From positions 4,544,001-4,608,000 of the forward strand of contig CATQHZ020000001.1 of the NCBI GenBank assembly GCA_958296135.2: a DNA stretch of 64,000 nt, in the 5' to 3' direction. The notes beneath the pieces were generated by a model. The model had not been told where the DNA came from. It ran no database searches and saw nothing but the letters and a program-made list of their open reading frames with translations. A program made the position numbers and the translations under genes. Within the stretch, counting starts at the first letter, position 1. Each line of letters starts with the position of its first letter. Below are positions 8,001 to 16,752 of this stretch, one piece after another. The stretch comes from an uncultured Poribacteria bacterium (GTDB taxonomy: Bacteria > Poribacteria > WGA-4E > WGA-3G).

Positions 8001-9756
8001 TTTGCATAGCCTCAACCCCGGCAATCAACGTTGCTGCGTCTGCATTCTGCCGGTCCCACGCCGGATTCAACAGCATGTCGCGTGCAACGGGCATGGCTCT
8101 TCTCATCACGTCGGCACCTTGCTTCGCGCGAGAGAGTGTGGCGAGGGTATCAGGAAGGCGAAGTCCGCCTATATCAACGAGAGGCGTGAACGCCGCTTCT
8201 AGCGTATCCAACGCGTCCCCGCAGGTATCAATCAGCGTGTTAATTTCTCCTTCCACGAGTGGGGTGATAACACCGGGGGCGCAGCCGCGCCACGGGTGCT
8301 CCGCAATTGGCATTACGCGCGGCAGCAGCGTCGCCACATTCTCAAGTTGCAACTTCGCCGCGTCCCAATCTCCCCGGTCGCTTTCAGATGGGTTCTTGAA
8401 CCGCACCCGCATCATCTCGCGTCCGACGTTCTCGAAATGTCGCCGTGCGTTCTCCCGAATCCCGAACAGCGTATAGGGCGACTTCCCTGTCTCGCCGATA
8501 GGTTCATGCACTGCGTTGACATACGCATTGAGCTCCGCCTTCTGTGAATCGACTTTGGAAAAGAGGCTGTCCGCTTGATTTAGCCGCGGCGGCTGAGACG
8601 AGAAGACCCGTTCCAACTCTTGCAACACCTCGCGTTTATTGGACTTGTGGCTGTGCAATTCCAAACAGAAGTCACCGAGCCCCACCCGGTCCAGCCGGCT
8701 TTTCACTACTTCCAATGCGGCCATTTTTTCACTGACGAACAGGACATTTTTGCCAGCGGCGAGCAGTTCGGCGATGATATTGGTAATCGTTTGGGATTTA
8801 CCGGTGCCGGGCGGGCCCTCAACTACCAAGTTCTTGCCGGTTTTAATGTCCTCAATGACAGCAATCTGCGACGAATCCGCATCCATGACGTGATAGAAAT
8901 TCTCGCTGGCTTGCGTGTCTACCTGTTCCGGTTGAAACCCGCCGCTGCCCCCTATCCCGGTTGTCTCGCCAAAAATCGTTCCCAGTAGCGGATGGGTATC
9001 CACGGCCCACGCTTCGGGCTCCAAATCTTTATACATCACAAATTTGGTGAAACTGAAAAAATCGAGGTAAATGTCCGGCACAACGCGCCAGTTTTCCCGC
9101 CCGGATATTGCATCGTTAACAGCCTGAAAATAGGCATCAATACCCGCCTTGTCTTCGGGCGTTTCGAGCGTCGGCAATGCCACGTCTTGCTCCGCCAGTT
9201 TTGCCTCCAGAGAGAGATTCGGGGATAACTCCGCGCCACTCCAGCAAAGATTGAATCGCGTTCGCACCTTCTGGCGTTCCAATTCAACAGGGATGAGAAT
9301 AAGCGGGGCACGATGCCTACTCTCAGCACTCGCGCTCTCTGTCCACTCAAGAAAGCCGAGGGCGAGATACAGGACAGAATACCCCTGCTCATTAAAGACA
9401 GAACGCGCCTGCTGATGAATGTAATACAACCGCTTCTGGAGCGCCTCTTTGGACAACTCTGTCTGCAAAAGCCGGTCGGTGTGATGTTCCGCGGGTTCGG
9501 TATCTTCCAACCACGGCATCGGTGCAGCCTCATCCTCTTCAAACTCGGATGCCGCCTTTTCAGAAGGCTTGAATTGCATCGTCCGTTCACTGAGAACGAG
9601 GATGTCAAAAACCTCTCTCGGGATTTCGTCGATGACCGGGATGCTCCGTCGCCTGCTTGGCCGGAAATTGAGGAGACGGTTCCGGCCTGTCAAGTCGAGG
9701 AGGTTTTCCCGTGCTGCCTGCAGTTGCGCGGCAATGGTTACGTTTCTATTTTTCAT
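5062..9756 (-). CDS. DUF4011 / SF1 helicase / Vsr-like nuclease / DUF3320 protein (Hhe-like defence protein)
   Basis: N-terminal LLDLTGRNRLLNF; Walker A GPPGTGKS, DEASQ, HYRS, IQGDERD and RLNVLITR; nuclease segment DSPFE...RIDL...ECDG..YH...WSTDW. Confidence 0.85.
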   Translation of the reverse strand: MKNRNVTIAAQLQAARENLLDLTGRNRLLNFRPSRRRSIPVIDEIPREVFDILVLSERTMQFKPSEKAASEFEEDEAAPMPWLEDTEPAEHHTDRLLQTELSKEALQKRLYYIHQQARSVFNEQGYSVLYLALGFLEWTESASAESRHRAPLILIPVELERQKVRTRFNLCWSGAELSPNLSLEAKLAEQDVALPTLETPEDKAGIDAYFQAVNDAISGRENWRVVPDIYLDFFSFTKFVMYKDLEPEAWAVDTHPLLGTIFGETTGIGGSGGFQPEQVDTQASENFYHVMDADSSQIAVIEDIKTGKNLVVEGPPGTGKSQTITNIIAELLAAGKNVLFVSEKMAALEVVKSRLDRVGLGDFCLELHSHKSNKREVLQELERVFSSQPPRLNQADSLFSKVDSQKAELNAYVNAVHEPIGETGKSPYTLFGIRENARRHFENVGREMMRVRFKNPSESDRGDWDAAKLQLENVATLLPRVMPIAEHPWRGCAPGVITPLVEGEINTLIDTCGDALDTLEAAFTPLVDIGGLRLPDTLATLSRAKQGADVMRRAMPVARDMLLNPAWDRQNADAATLIAGVEAMQNALAAANAKFTPAALTQDVAGLLDEYKVLSASWLRLLNSRYRFINREFRSFYKAAAPRKPAVLIADLGELAHCIMLRKEMQALTQAGRSLFGEHWLGENSDVDLLRAFAEWIVEFRGCLLDGSLREDAVDIVNAGISRKQIETLVAQITAAENEFVAQRNRLFQRLGTDATRLFGESAENLSFTELRVRLDMWRHARSQLTAWGQFMMRRKACEKTIAKPLLEHIEALEPADLGACFEGNLADALLHEAFMSRLPLQGFSRDLHEKKIADFRAHDSASFTLNQQRLVARLHQNRPRLIDGASRDSEVGILQGQFNRKRGHMPIRKLLSTVGGLIQKIKPCFMMSPLSVAQFCDPSLLHFDVIVFDEASQIRPEDALGALLRGKQAVVIGDTRQLPPTRFFDSIVDDTETDDEDGIIPLVDVESILHLCKIAFPTKALKWHYRSRHESLIAVSNQEFYDNNLLIFPSPLEDVKHLGLKFVYLPHATYDRGRSAANREEAKAVVQAAFQHFRDYPDKSLGVGTFSSKQQQAILDEVERQLRQQPEMETFFASTRDEHFFVKNLETIQGDERDAIFLSIGYGKDGTGRLHRNFGPLNQEGGHRRLNVLITRSRERCVVFSNFRAAELHIDESAPFGVRALKTFLDYAENRNLQTAMPTGGDTDSPFEDAVYEFLTNHGYTVSKQVGCAGYRIDLAVTDPGAPGRYLLGVECDGARYHSSPVARDRDRLRQQVLEGLGWKIHRIWSTDWYRHRAETGQRLLSAVERAKIAIPEEPPPEQPVQILPEAPPEESRPAPPPPLPAPTSYVECADLGIPIRGTLPEQDASQLAIAVEQVVAVEGPVHVDAVVLRIRSLWGVKRAGARIKHAIEAGILKAQRKRQANRRMLRRGDFLWRVEACELQVRRRENPTIEWICDEEIAEAMKRVLEAQGAMPPDALVTEAGKLLGYKSTGRTLVQRMRPLLDNFIQEGTFHLAANGMVTLSP

Positions 9757-9789
9757 GATTTCCTATAAACATGTTCCCCTTAATCCGTT

Positions 9790-10395
9790 GTCCCTCGCAA
9801 AGCACTGAACCGCCCCACAGGCACTGAACGGCAAAAACGTCTGCTTCACCGTAGCGCGAGGGCCCGGCGATCGCGAATCGCCGAGGGTTCCCCTCGCAAA
9901 GCAATGAGCATCAAACACGTCCGCAGCACCATCCCGCAAAGCACTGAACCCCGCGCCCAACAAGCACTGAACGGCAAAAACGCACGCAGCACCGTAGCGC
10001 GAGGGCCTGTCCCTCGCAAAGCAATGAGCATCAAAAACGCACGCAGCACCAGCCCGAAAAGCAATGAACCCCGCGCCTAACAAACGCAAGCCTTTTAGAC
10101 CGGCGACTGCGAGGGACAGGCCCTCGCACTACGGTGGAAGGCACGCGGCACCTGCGAGGCACAGGCCCTCGCACTACGATGGAAGGCACGCGGCGACTGC
10201 GAGGCACAGGCCCTCGCACTACGATGGAAGGCACGCGGCGACTGCGAGGCACAGGCCCTCGCACTACGGTGGTACGGGCACGTAGGAGAGACCTCCCGGT
10301 CTCGACTCCCTGGCAGACTCGCACTACGGGGGTACGGGCGCGTAGGAGAGACCTCCCGGTCTCGACTCCCTGGCAGACCCCTCGCACTACGGTGG
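9790..10395. repeat. Mosaic REP array with 45-bp x~4 (10101-10272) and 60-bp x2 (10261-10380) tandem units
   Basis: Recurring units GCGAGG(G/C)ACAGGCCCTCGCACTACG, GTAGGAGAGACCTCCCGGTCTCGAC and AAAGCA(A/C)TGA. Confidence 0.85.
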
Positions 10396-10400
10396 GAGCA

Positions 10401-11588
10401 CTACCAATCCGCCTTCCTATTATCCCACAGATGCGCGTTGACAGCCTCCTCGTTCAACTCGGTGCCCCAGCCGGGGCGCGTCGGGGTTCTCATGAAGCCG
10501 TCCACGATTTCCGGGGGGTGCGTCGTCAAATCGTCTTTCCACGGGACATCGTCAATGTCTATCTCCATGATTCGCACGTTCGGTAGCACAGCGCAGAGAC
10601 TCGCGCTCATGAAGGTGGCAAGGTGGCTGTAGTAGTTGTGCGGCGCAACGTTGAGTTGATACACCTCCGCCAAATCACCAATTTTCTTCGACTGCGAAAA
10701 GCCGTTCCACGGCACGTCTATCATAAAGACATCGGCGGCGCGCGCTGCAAAATAGGGGAGATAGTCGCGCATGTAGTAGAGATTCTCGCCGGTGCAGAGC
10801 TTCGTCGTCGTGGAATCCTTAATCTGACGGATGGCTTCGGGCGAATACATATCAATCTCTAACCACAGAAGCTCGAACGGTTCCAATGCCTTAGCGATGC
10901 GCATGCACGCCTCAGGCTTAAAGTTGAAGTTGAGATCGAGGTTGATGCCGACATCCGGGCCGACAGCATCGCGGAACGTGCCGATTAAGGTGACGATATG
11001 CCGCAGCAGTCCTGGGGTGACGTTGCCATCGGTAGTGCCCTGTCCGCCGCCGAAACCACTGAAGTAGACAGAGGCCGGGTCGCCGGGGACGACGATATTC
11101 GTTTTGAGCGCGGTGAAGCCTTTCTCAACGACTTCGCGGCCGAGCGCGGCGATGTCGTCCATCGTCCTTAACGGCGGCACGCCGATGAGTTCAAAATTGC
11201 GAGCACGCGAGGAACCACAGTGGGACCAGTAGACTCGGACTTCGTCACGGGTGGGCCCGCCAAACAATTCCACGACAGAGATGCCCAACGCCCTCGCTTT
11301 GATATCGACGAGAGCACATTCTATGCCGGCGATTGCCTTCGCGGCGATGCCGCCGGGGCTCTGCCGGGAGCCACGGATCATGTCCCAAAATCGCATTTCA
11401 TACGCACCCGGGTCCCGTCCGATGAGCAAAGGCGTTAAGTCTCTGATAGTTCCAACTACGCCGTTGGGGCTTCTGCCATCGCTACATTCGCCGTAGCCGG
11501 TGATGCCTTCGTCGGTTTCAACCTTGACGAAAATCCAAGGCCGCCAGCCAGCATCGACGATAAAGGTTTCAATATTGGTAATCTTCAT
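10401..11588 (-). CDS. Mandelate racemase/muconate lactonizing enzyme family (sugar-acid dehydratase-like)
   Basis: Motifs MKITNIETF, WIFVKVETDEGITGYGE, CTGE, APHN and PGWG. Confidence 0.85.
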   Translation of the reverse strand: MKITNIETFIVDAGWRPWIFVKVETDEGITGYGECSDGRSPNGVVGTIRDLTPLLIGRDPGAYEMRFWDMIRGSRQSPGGIAAKAIAGIECALVDIKARALGISVVELFGGPTRDEVRVYWSHCGSSRARNFELIGVPPLRTMDDIAALGREVVEKGFTALKTNIVVPGDPASVYFSGFGGGQGTTDGNVTPGLLRHIVTLIGTFRDAVGPDVGINLDLNFNFKPEACMRIAKALEPFELLWLEIDMYSPEAIRQIKDSTTTKLCTGENLYYMRDYLPYFAARAADVFMIDVPWNGFSQSKKIGDLAEVYQLNVAPHNYYSHLATFMSASLCAVLPNVRIMEIDIDDVPWKDDLTTHPPEIVDGFMRTPTRPGWGTELNEEAVNAHLWDNRKADW

Positions 11589-11649
11589 CGCTTTCTCCTT
11601 CCATTCGGATACAGAAATCCGCCCTTACAGTCTAACAGAATTTTCTCCG

Positions 11650-11738
11650 GTAGGAGGGACATCCCTGTCCCGATTTCTCCAGTAGGAGGGACATCCCTGT
11701 CCCGATTTCTCCAATAGGAGGGACATCCCTGTCCCGAT
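11650..11738 (+). repeat. Three tandem 32-bp REP units (family C)
   Basis: (G/A)TAGGAGGGACATCCCTGTCCCGAT at 11650, 11682 and 11714; another copy is near 18679. Confidence 0.9.
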
Positions 11739-11769
11739 ATAAACACCATCAACCCCAGGACGACTCCCC

Positions 11770-12768
11770 CTACCGGGGATATAGGTTTACAACTTCTCCT
11801 CGCCGATTCGATTCAAGGAGCGCATCGCAGATGCGCATCGTATTCACCGCGACGTTCGGCCAGTGTTCCTCAAGTTCTCCGGATTGCACGATGTCCGAAA
11901 ACCGCTCTATCATGGCGACTTCCTGAATGCATGTGCCGGTTTCGTGTTTGATGTTATCCGCACCGTGGATCCAGAATCGCGCCGCTTCTTCAGTTTTCGG
12001 CACGGTGAAATCGTCACAGACGATGGACGCGCGCGTGCCAGCAACCTCAAACCATTTGCGGAGCGCGGTATCAAACCCGCAATCCAGTGTGGCGATGCGT
12101 TCATCGTCAAACCAGAGGATGCCCGCGAGGTTAAAATCCACCCCGACTTTGTAGCGCGCCGTAGCAAAAACTTGCGTCGGCATCTGCTCATAAGCCCAGA
12201 GAATTGCGCGGACGCAGTAGTAACCCAAATCGCCGAGGCTGCCGCCAGCGAATTCCTTCATCGCGCGGATGTTGCCGGCAGGAACGGTATCCCAATTGAA
12301 CGTGAAAGCGGCGGTGACTCGGCGGAGTCGGCCTAACGTGCCATCGGAGAGTTTCTGCTTCATCGCAGCGGTGCGTTCGTGATGCACCCACATGACTCCA
12401 TCCATGAGTTGCACGCCGTTTTGGCGGCACGCATCCGCCATCGCAATAGCCTCACTTGCGTTCGCGGAGAGCGGTTTCTCACAGAGGACATGCTTGCCGT
12501 GTTCAGCCGCCTTGATTGTCCATGCCGCGTGGAGTGACGGCGGCAGCGGGATATAAACGGCATCAATTGTTTCGTCGGCGAGAAGCGCGTCGTAAGTGCC
12601 GTAGGCGTGTGGGACGTTATGTTTTGCTGCCCAGGCACTCGCGCGCGTCTCTTCACGACTCGCGACTGCAATAAGTTCCGCGTTCCGGGCGAGATGGAGC
12701 GCGCGGGCGACTTTCGTGGCAATATTCGCTGTGCTGAGGATGCCCCAGCGGATTTTCGGCGTTCGCAA
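11770..12768 (-). CDS. Gfo/Idh/MocA family oxidoreductase
   Basis: Motifs IRWGILSTANIA, GKHVLCEKP and GGSLGDLGYY. Likely TTG start at 12768 behind a GGAGGAG RBS. Confidence 0.88.
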   Translation of the reverse strand: MRTPKIRWGILSTANIATKVARALHLARNAELIAVASREETRASAWAAKHNVPHAYGTYDALLADETIDAVYIPLPPSLHAAWTIKAAEHGKHVLCEKPLSANASEAIAMADACRQNGVQLMDGVMWVHHERTAAMKQKLSDGTLGRLRRVTAAFTFNWDTVPAGNIRAMKEFAGGSLGDLGYYCVRAILWAYEQMPTQVFATARYKVGVDFNLAGILWFDDERIATLDCGFDTALRKWFEVAGTRASIVCDDFTVPKTEEAARFWIHGADNIKHETGTCIQEVAMIERFSDIVQSGELEEHWPNVAVNTMRICDALLESNRRGEVVNLYPR

Positions 12769-12997
12769 TGACGTTCTCCTCCGTATATCTGTCATCGCCG
12801 ATGGCAATGACTACGTTATTGGTGCTAAGCCAGACAGATACGGACATCTGTCCTTACACGTGGCGCAACAACTCAAAGTCGTCATCAGGTTTCGGTTGCG
12901 ATATTTTAGGTTTGAGGGAAAGTATACAAGATAATTGAAAATAAGTCAAGCAAGGCGCGACTATCTCCAGAGGCATTTAGTTTTCCGCCCCTTCACC

Positions 12998-13120
12998 GTA
13001 GGGCGAGGGCCGTTACGCCGAAACGTTGTCATCTGCTGTCGAGCGTGTAGGCGTTCTGTTTACAGAACTACTGCAGATGAGCTGCAGCCTCGCTGCAGAG
13101 ATGTCCACTGTCCCTCGCCA
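12998..13120 (+). repeat. Family A REP with a nested 97-nt insert
   Basis: GTAGGGCGAGGGCC-[insert]-TGTCCCTCGCC; the insert is related to those in the copies at 20934, 27199 and 29541. Confidence 0.75.
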
Positions 13121-13216
13121 TGCTCCGATTGTTACAGAACGGTAGTCACGCTATTAAGAAACAGGTTGCCCTATTTCGCTGAATTGCTTCATGAAAAAAT
13201 GTGTCACAAAATGTTG

Positions 13217-13245
13217 TTGACAAAAAATGAAAAATAGGGTATCAT
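13217..13245 (+). promoter_or_regulatory. sigma70-type promoter
   Basis: TTGACA-17 nt-TATCAT. Confidence 0.65.
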
Positions 13246-13294
13246 TTTATTTTGATTTACGAGGACATGTCAATTCAACGGAGCAGAGGTTGCA

Positions 13295-13909
13295 ATGAAC
13301 GTGAAATGTCTACACCTTCTATTGTGTGGGCTGCTGAGCGGTGCTTTCATCGCTTGCGATGCCCCGAATTCCCAAAAACGTGCGGAAGAAACGCTCGTTT
13401 TTAACGTCGATGCGACACTCCTCGAACCTGCAATAACAGATACGACGCTCAACATCACGATGGCTGCGCCGAAGGAATGGAAAAAAATTGACGATGCGCT
13501 GTTGGCAAAGGTGATAGAGCAAGTCGCACCGCATCTTAGGCAAGAGTTTGAGCTCGCACCGCGATGGATTTTCATGAACGTGCGTTCGCGCGCGATGTGT
13601 ATCGTATCACAGGTGAACGGCGTAGAGATTGCGCCGGACGACACCTTATTAGAGACGCAGGAGTCTGCCTACCGCGATGCCTTTCCAGAGGCAACGGTGG
13701 AGCGGGCAACTTTTAGAAAAGATGCTTTCCGCATCCATCAACTGATGGTAAGTGCTCCCGATTTTGTGCTGATTAAACTGATCTGCGATGCGCCGGAAAC
13801 CCTCATTTTCGAGGTGGATTACGTCGTGCCGAAGGCGGTTTATGCAGCGGAGCTGCGTGCCATCGAATCATCGCTCGGTTCTATCCATGTGAGAACCGAT
13901 TCACCTTAA
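13295..13909 (+). CDS. Hypothetical lipoprotein
   Basis: Signal peptide with a lipobox-like FIAC; GAGG RBS. Confidence 0.65.
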   Translation: MNVKCLHLLLCGLLSGAFIACDAPNSQKRAEETLVFNVDATLLEPAITDTTLNITMAAPKEWKKIDDALLAKVIEQVAPHLRQEFELAPRWIFMNVRSRAMCIVSQVNGVEIAPDDTLLETQESAYRDAFPEATVERATFRKDAFRIHQLMVSAPDFVLIKLICDAPETLIFEVDYVVPKAVYAAELRAIESSLGSIHVRTDSP

Positions 13910-13926
13910 AACCTAAGGAGAACCTT

Positions 13927-14220
13927 ATGCTGACAAAAATTTCAGCTGCACTGCTGATTGTCGCGATGCTGTGTGTCATCGGCTGTGCGGCGCATATCCA
14001 CAAAGTGGGTAACGGCGCGCAAGGCACAGAACTCATGGCGGAGCGGCAATGGTATGTCCTGTGGGGCATAGTCCCAATTAACGATGTTGATTCACACGCT
14101 ATGGCCGCAGGGGCTACCGATTACGAAATTGTAACCGAGTACACCCTGATTGATGGCATTATCAACGTCTTCACCGGGGCCGTCACAGTTCAATGTCGGA
14201 CGGTGGCTGTTCAGAAATAA
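13927..14220 (+). CDS. Bor/Iss-like small lipoprotein
   Basis: Lipobox VIGC, QWYVLWGI and a C-terminal RTV-x-V pattern; AAGGAG RBS. Confidence 0.65.
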   Translation: MLTKISAALLIVAMLCVIGCAAHIHKVGNGAQGTELMAERQWYVLWGIVPINDVDSHAMAAGATDYEIVTEYTLIDGIINVFTGAVTVQCRTVAVQK

Positions 14221-14241
14221 CCGTTCGCGGATTCAGGAGGT

Positions 14242-14269
14242 AAAGCCTGTGTCCATTGGCGCGGGCTTT
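14242..14269. terminator. Hairpin between convergent genes (possible bidirectional terminator)
   Basis: AAAGCCTGTG-8 nt-CGCGGGCTTT. Confidence 0.45.
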
Positions 14270-14275
14270 GCTTCT

Positions 14276-15400
14276 CTACCGCCGCGATGCCATATCAAAC
14301 CCCACCGCCGCCACCAGCACGATACCTTTAATAATATCCTGCCATGAAGCATCCATGTTCGCCATGCTCATCCCATTGTTGAGGCTCTCCATAACGAGCG
14401 CGCCTAAAAGGGCACCGAAAATACTCCCGCGTCCCCCCATCAGACTCGCCCCGCCGATAACGCACGCGGCGATGGCATCTAATTCAAGCAACCGCCCTGC
14501 CTCCGGGCTCGCACTGCCGACGCGCGCTGTCAGCACAACGCCAGCAATCGCCATCAACGCACCCATCGTCGCGAAAACGCGAAGCGTAATGCCTCGGACG
14601 TTGACACCAGAGAGATATGCCGCCTCCGCATTCCCGCCGACAGCGTAGACATAACGGCCGAAACGGGTGCGGTTCGCAATAAAATGGAAGACGAACGCAA
14701 GCCCAAACAGAACACACACCGGAATCGGGATACCTTTGTGCGCATTCATGACGGCAACAAACGCTACGATAAGCAACACTGTGCCACCCATTCTCATCAG
14801 AAACATGAGCCGAGAGGATGGAGAACTATCGCCGGAAAGCGGAGTGAATGCGTCAAAATCGGATGATTGCCAAATCCGCACAACAACCACAACCACGGCA
14901 ATTAGCATTAACCCCCACCCAACTGACTGCGGCAGGTAAGCGTTACCGATTGACTTTAACCAATTGTCCGGTAGGAGAATGGTTTCTCCTCTCGTGAAAG
15001 CTAACATCAAGCCGCGATAGACAAGAAACCCGCCTAAGGTGACGATAAACGCCGGCACGCGCTGATACGCCACGAGGTATCCCTGCATCAGTCCCATCAG
15101 GATACCCAGGCAGATGACAGCGAGGAGCGTCAACACAATCGGTTGCCCCCACCAAACGTGCAGAATCGCGGCGACAGCACCGAGTAAACCGGAACCAAAT
15201 CCAACGGAGAGATCGATGTTAGCAGACACGATTACCAGCACCATCCCTACGGCAAGGATGGCCGTCACCGCCGCTTGGCGCGAGAGATTGGATAGATTTC
15301 GGGTGCTGAGGAAGGTGCCGCCTGTCAGCAACGTGAAAATTACCCAGACACAAACGAGGGCAATTACCATCGCATACAGGCGGAAATGTGTAAATCTCAT
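14276..15400 (-). CDS. Sugar ABC transporter permease (XylH/GguB-like, BPD_transp_2)
   Basis: Motifs IDLSVG, VPAFIVTLGG, GRYVYAVGGNAEAAYLSGV and LELDAIAACVIGG. Confidence 0.9.
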   Translation of the reverse strand: MRFTHFRLYAMVIALVCVWVIFTLLTGGTFLSTRNLSNLSRQAAVTAILAVGMVLVIVSANIDLSVGFGSGLLGAVAAILHVWWGQPIVLTLLAVICLGILMGLMQGYLVAYQRVPAFIVTLGGFLVYRGLMLAFTRGETILLPDNWLKSIGNAYLPQSVGWGLMLIAVVVVVVRIWQSSDFDAFTPLSGDSSPSSRLMFLMRMGGTVLLIVAFVAVMNAHKGIPIPVCVLFGLAFVFHFIANRTRFGRYVYAVGGNAEAAYLSGVNVRGITLRVFATMGALMAIAGVVLTARVGSASPEAGRLLELDAIAACVIGGASLMGGRGSIFGALLGALVMESLNNGMSMANMDASWQDIIKGIVLVAAVGFDMASRR

Positions 15401-16164
15401 TTTGGTGCAAACAGCGCAGCAAAATTCTCTGACGTTATCTTCCCGATTTCCGCTACCGTAGTGCCGCGGAGTTCCGCTATCTTTTCGGCGACAGCGCGGA
15501 CATACGCCGGTTCATTCCGCTTCCCGCGCCACGGCTGCGGCGCGAGCCAAGGGCAGTCCGTCTCAATAAGAAGCCTATCGGCAGGCACTTCCCGCGCCAC
15601 GGCGTGAACATCTATCGCCTTCGGATACGTCACAATGCCGCCGATGCCGATGTATACATTTTCAAGCGCGAGGCATCGGTGCATCAATGCCACGCTGCCG
15701 GTAAAGCAGTGCATCACACCGAACGCCCCATCGTCCAGTGCTTCCAAAATAGGCAAGATGTCGTGATACGCCTCGCGGTTGTGAATGACGATAGGCATAC
15801 CCCGGTCTGCCGCCATTTCAAGTTGTTCGGCAAACACCTTTTTTTGCGCTTTGGGTGTTGAGTGGTTGCGGTAGTAATCCAACCCCATCTCGCCGAACGC
15901 CAGCACTTTGGGATGTTGCGTGAGGTTAGGAATGTCAAGGAGTTCCGCGCGCGTCGCGCTTTCAGCATTGTGGGGATGCACGCCGACAGTGGCGTAGACG
16001 TTGTGATATTCGTCTGCCAATTCGGCGGCGGCGAGGCTGGTTTCATAATCGATGCCGATGGCGAGGATTTTTTCAACGCCAGCCTTCCCTGCGCGCCTGA
16101 TGACAGCGCGCCGGTCTTTGTCAAATTGAGACATTTGGATGTGCGTGTGTGAATCAATGAACAT
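15397..16164 (-). CDS. tatD: TatD family DNase
   Basis: Motifs DSHTH, GVHPH, GEMGLDY, HNREA, MHCF, ETDCPWLAP and RNEP. Confidence 0.92.
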   Translation of the reverse strand: MFIDSHTHIQMSQFDKDRRAVIRRAGKAGVEKILAIGIDYETSLAAAELADEYHNVYATVGVHPHNAESATRAELLDIPNLTQHPKVLAFGEMGLDYYRNHSTPKAQKKVFAEQLEMAADRGMPIVIHNREAYHDILPILEALDDGAFGVMHCFTGSVALMHRCLALENVYIGIGGIVTYPKAIDVHAVAREVPADRLLIETDCPWLAPQPWRGKRNEPAYVRAVAEKIAELRGTTVAEIGKITSENFAALFAPK

Positions 16165-16291
16165 ATTTCTCTCATCCGCGAGGCGTTCAATAACGGTTGT
16201 TGCGGCAAGGACGTATCTCTACGGAGAATCGCCATCAACGTCTTTTAGTCCTGTTCAGACTGCAAATGCCTGTCAAGGCCGAAAGCCGTTG

Positions 16292-16726
16292 CTAACTGAG
16301 CAGATTCATGTCCATTACCTGAAAATGCCGGTCGAAGCCGAAAGCGGTAGTGATAGTCTCATTTTTACAAACCACAAAACTGGTGCAGTCTGTAAAGGAA
16401 AGCCGGGTAGTGTTACGTTCCCGAAAAAGCTGTTCCGCATCGTCAAAAATTTCCTGACTCATTCTTACCAATTTCAACTCTTCCCGCGCGAGAATGTCGT
16501 TGATAAAGTCAAGAAATTGGACGGCCATTGCGTGGTGCACGTCATATCTGAGTCGGGTGACTGTTTCATCAATGACGTAATCTGTTGTCACGAGCCGTAT
16601 GTCCAATCACTTTAATTCAGCGTAAATTTCCAGCGCAGTGTTATGATGCCGGTCTTTCGGATTCGCCCGCGCAATCCACGCGCCCGCATCAACAAAAATC
16701 GGCGAACCTATCTCAACAAAATTCAT
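16292..16726 (-). pseudogene. PIN-domain (VapC-like) toxin with one in-frame TGA at 16607-16609
   Basis: MNFVEIGSPIFVDAGAWIA...DRHH...ELK*LDIRLVTTDYVIDE...SFTDCTSF...FGFDRHF. All PIN motifs lie in one frame. Confidence 0.8.
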
Positions 16727-16752
16727 GCTTTTGCATCCCTTTCGTTAAAAGG

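Noticed and set aside
10101-10380. Tandem repeats resembling a CRISPR array (also 11650-11738 and the three large arrays)
   Set aside because: There are no unique spacers, the units are REP palindromes found throughout the window, and there are no cas genes.
16607-16609. Selenocysteine read-through of the TGA in the PIN gene
   Set aside because: The position is not a Cys or redox site in PIN domains, and no SECIS-like hairpin is evident directly downstream. A nonsense mutation is simpler.
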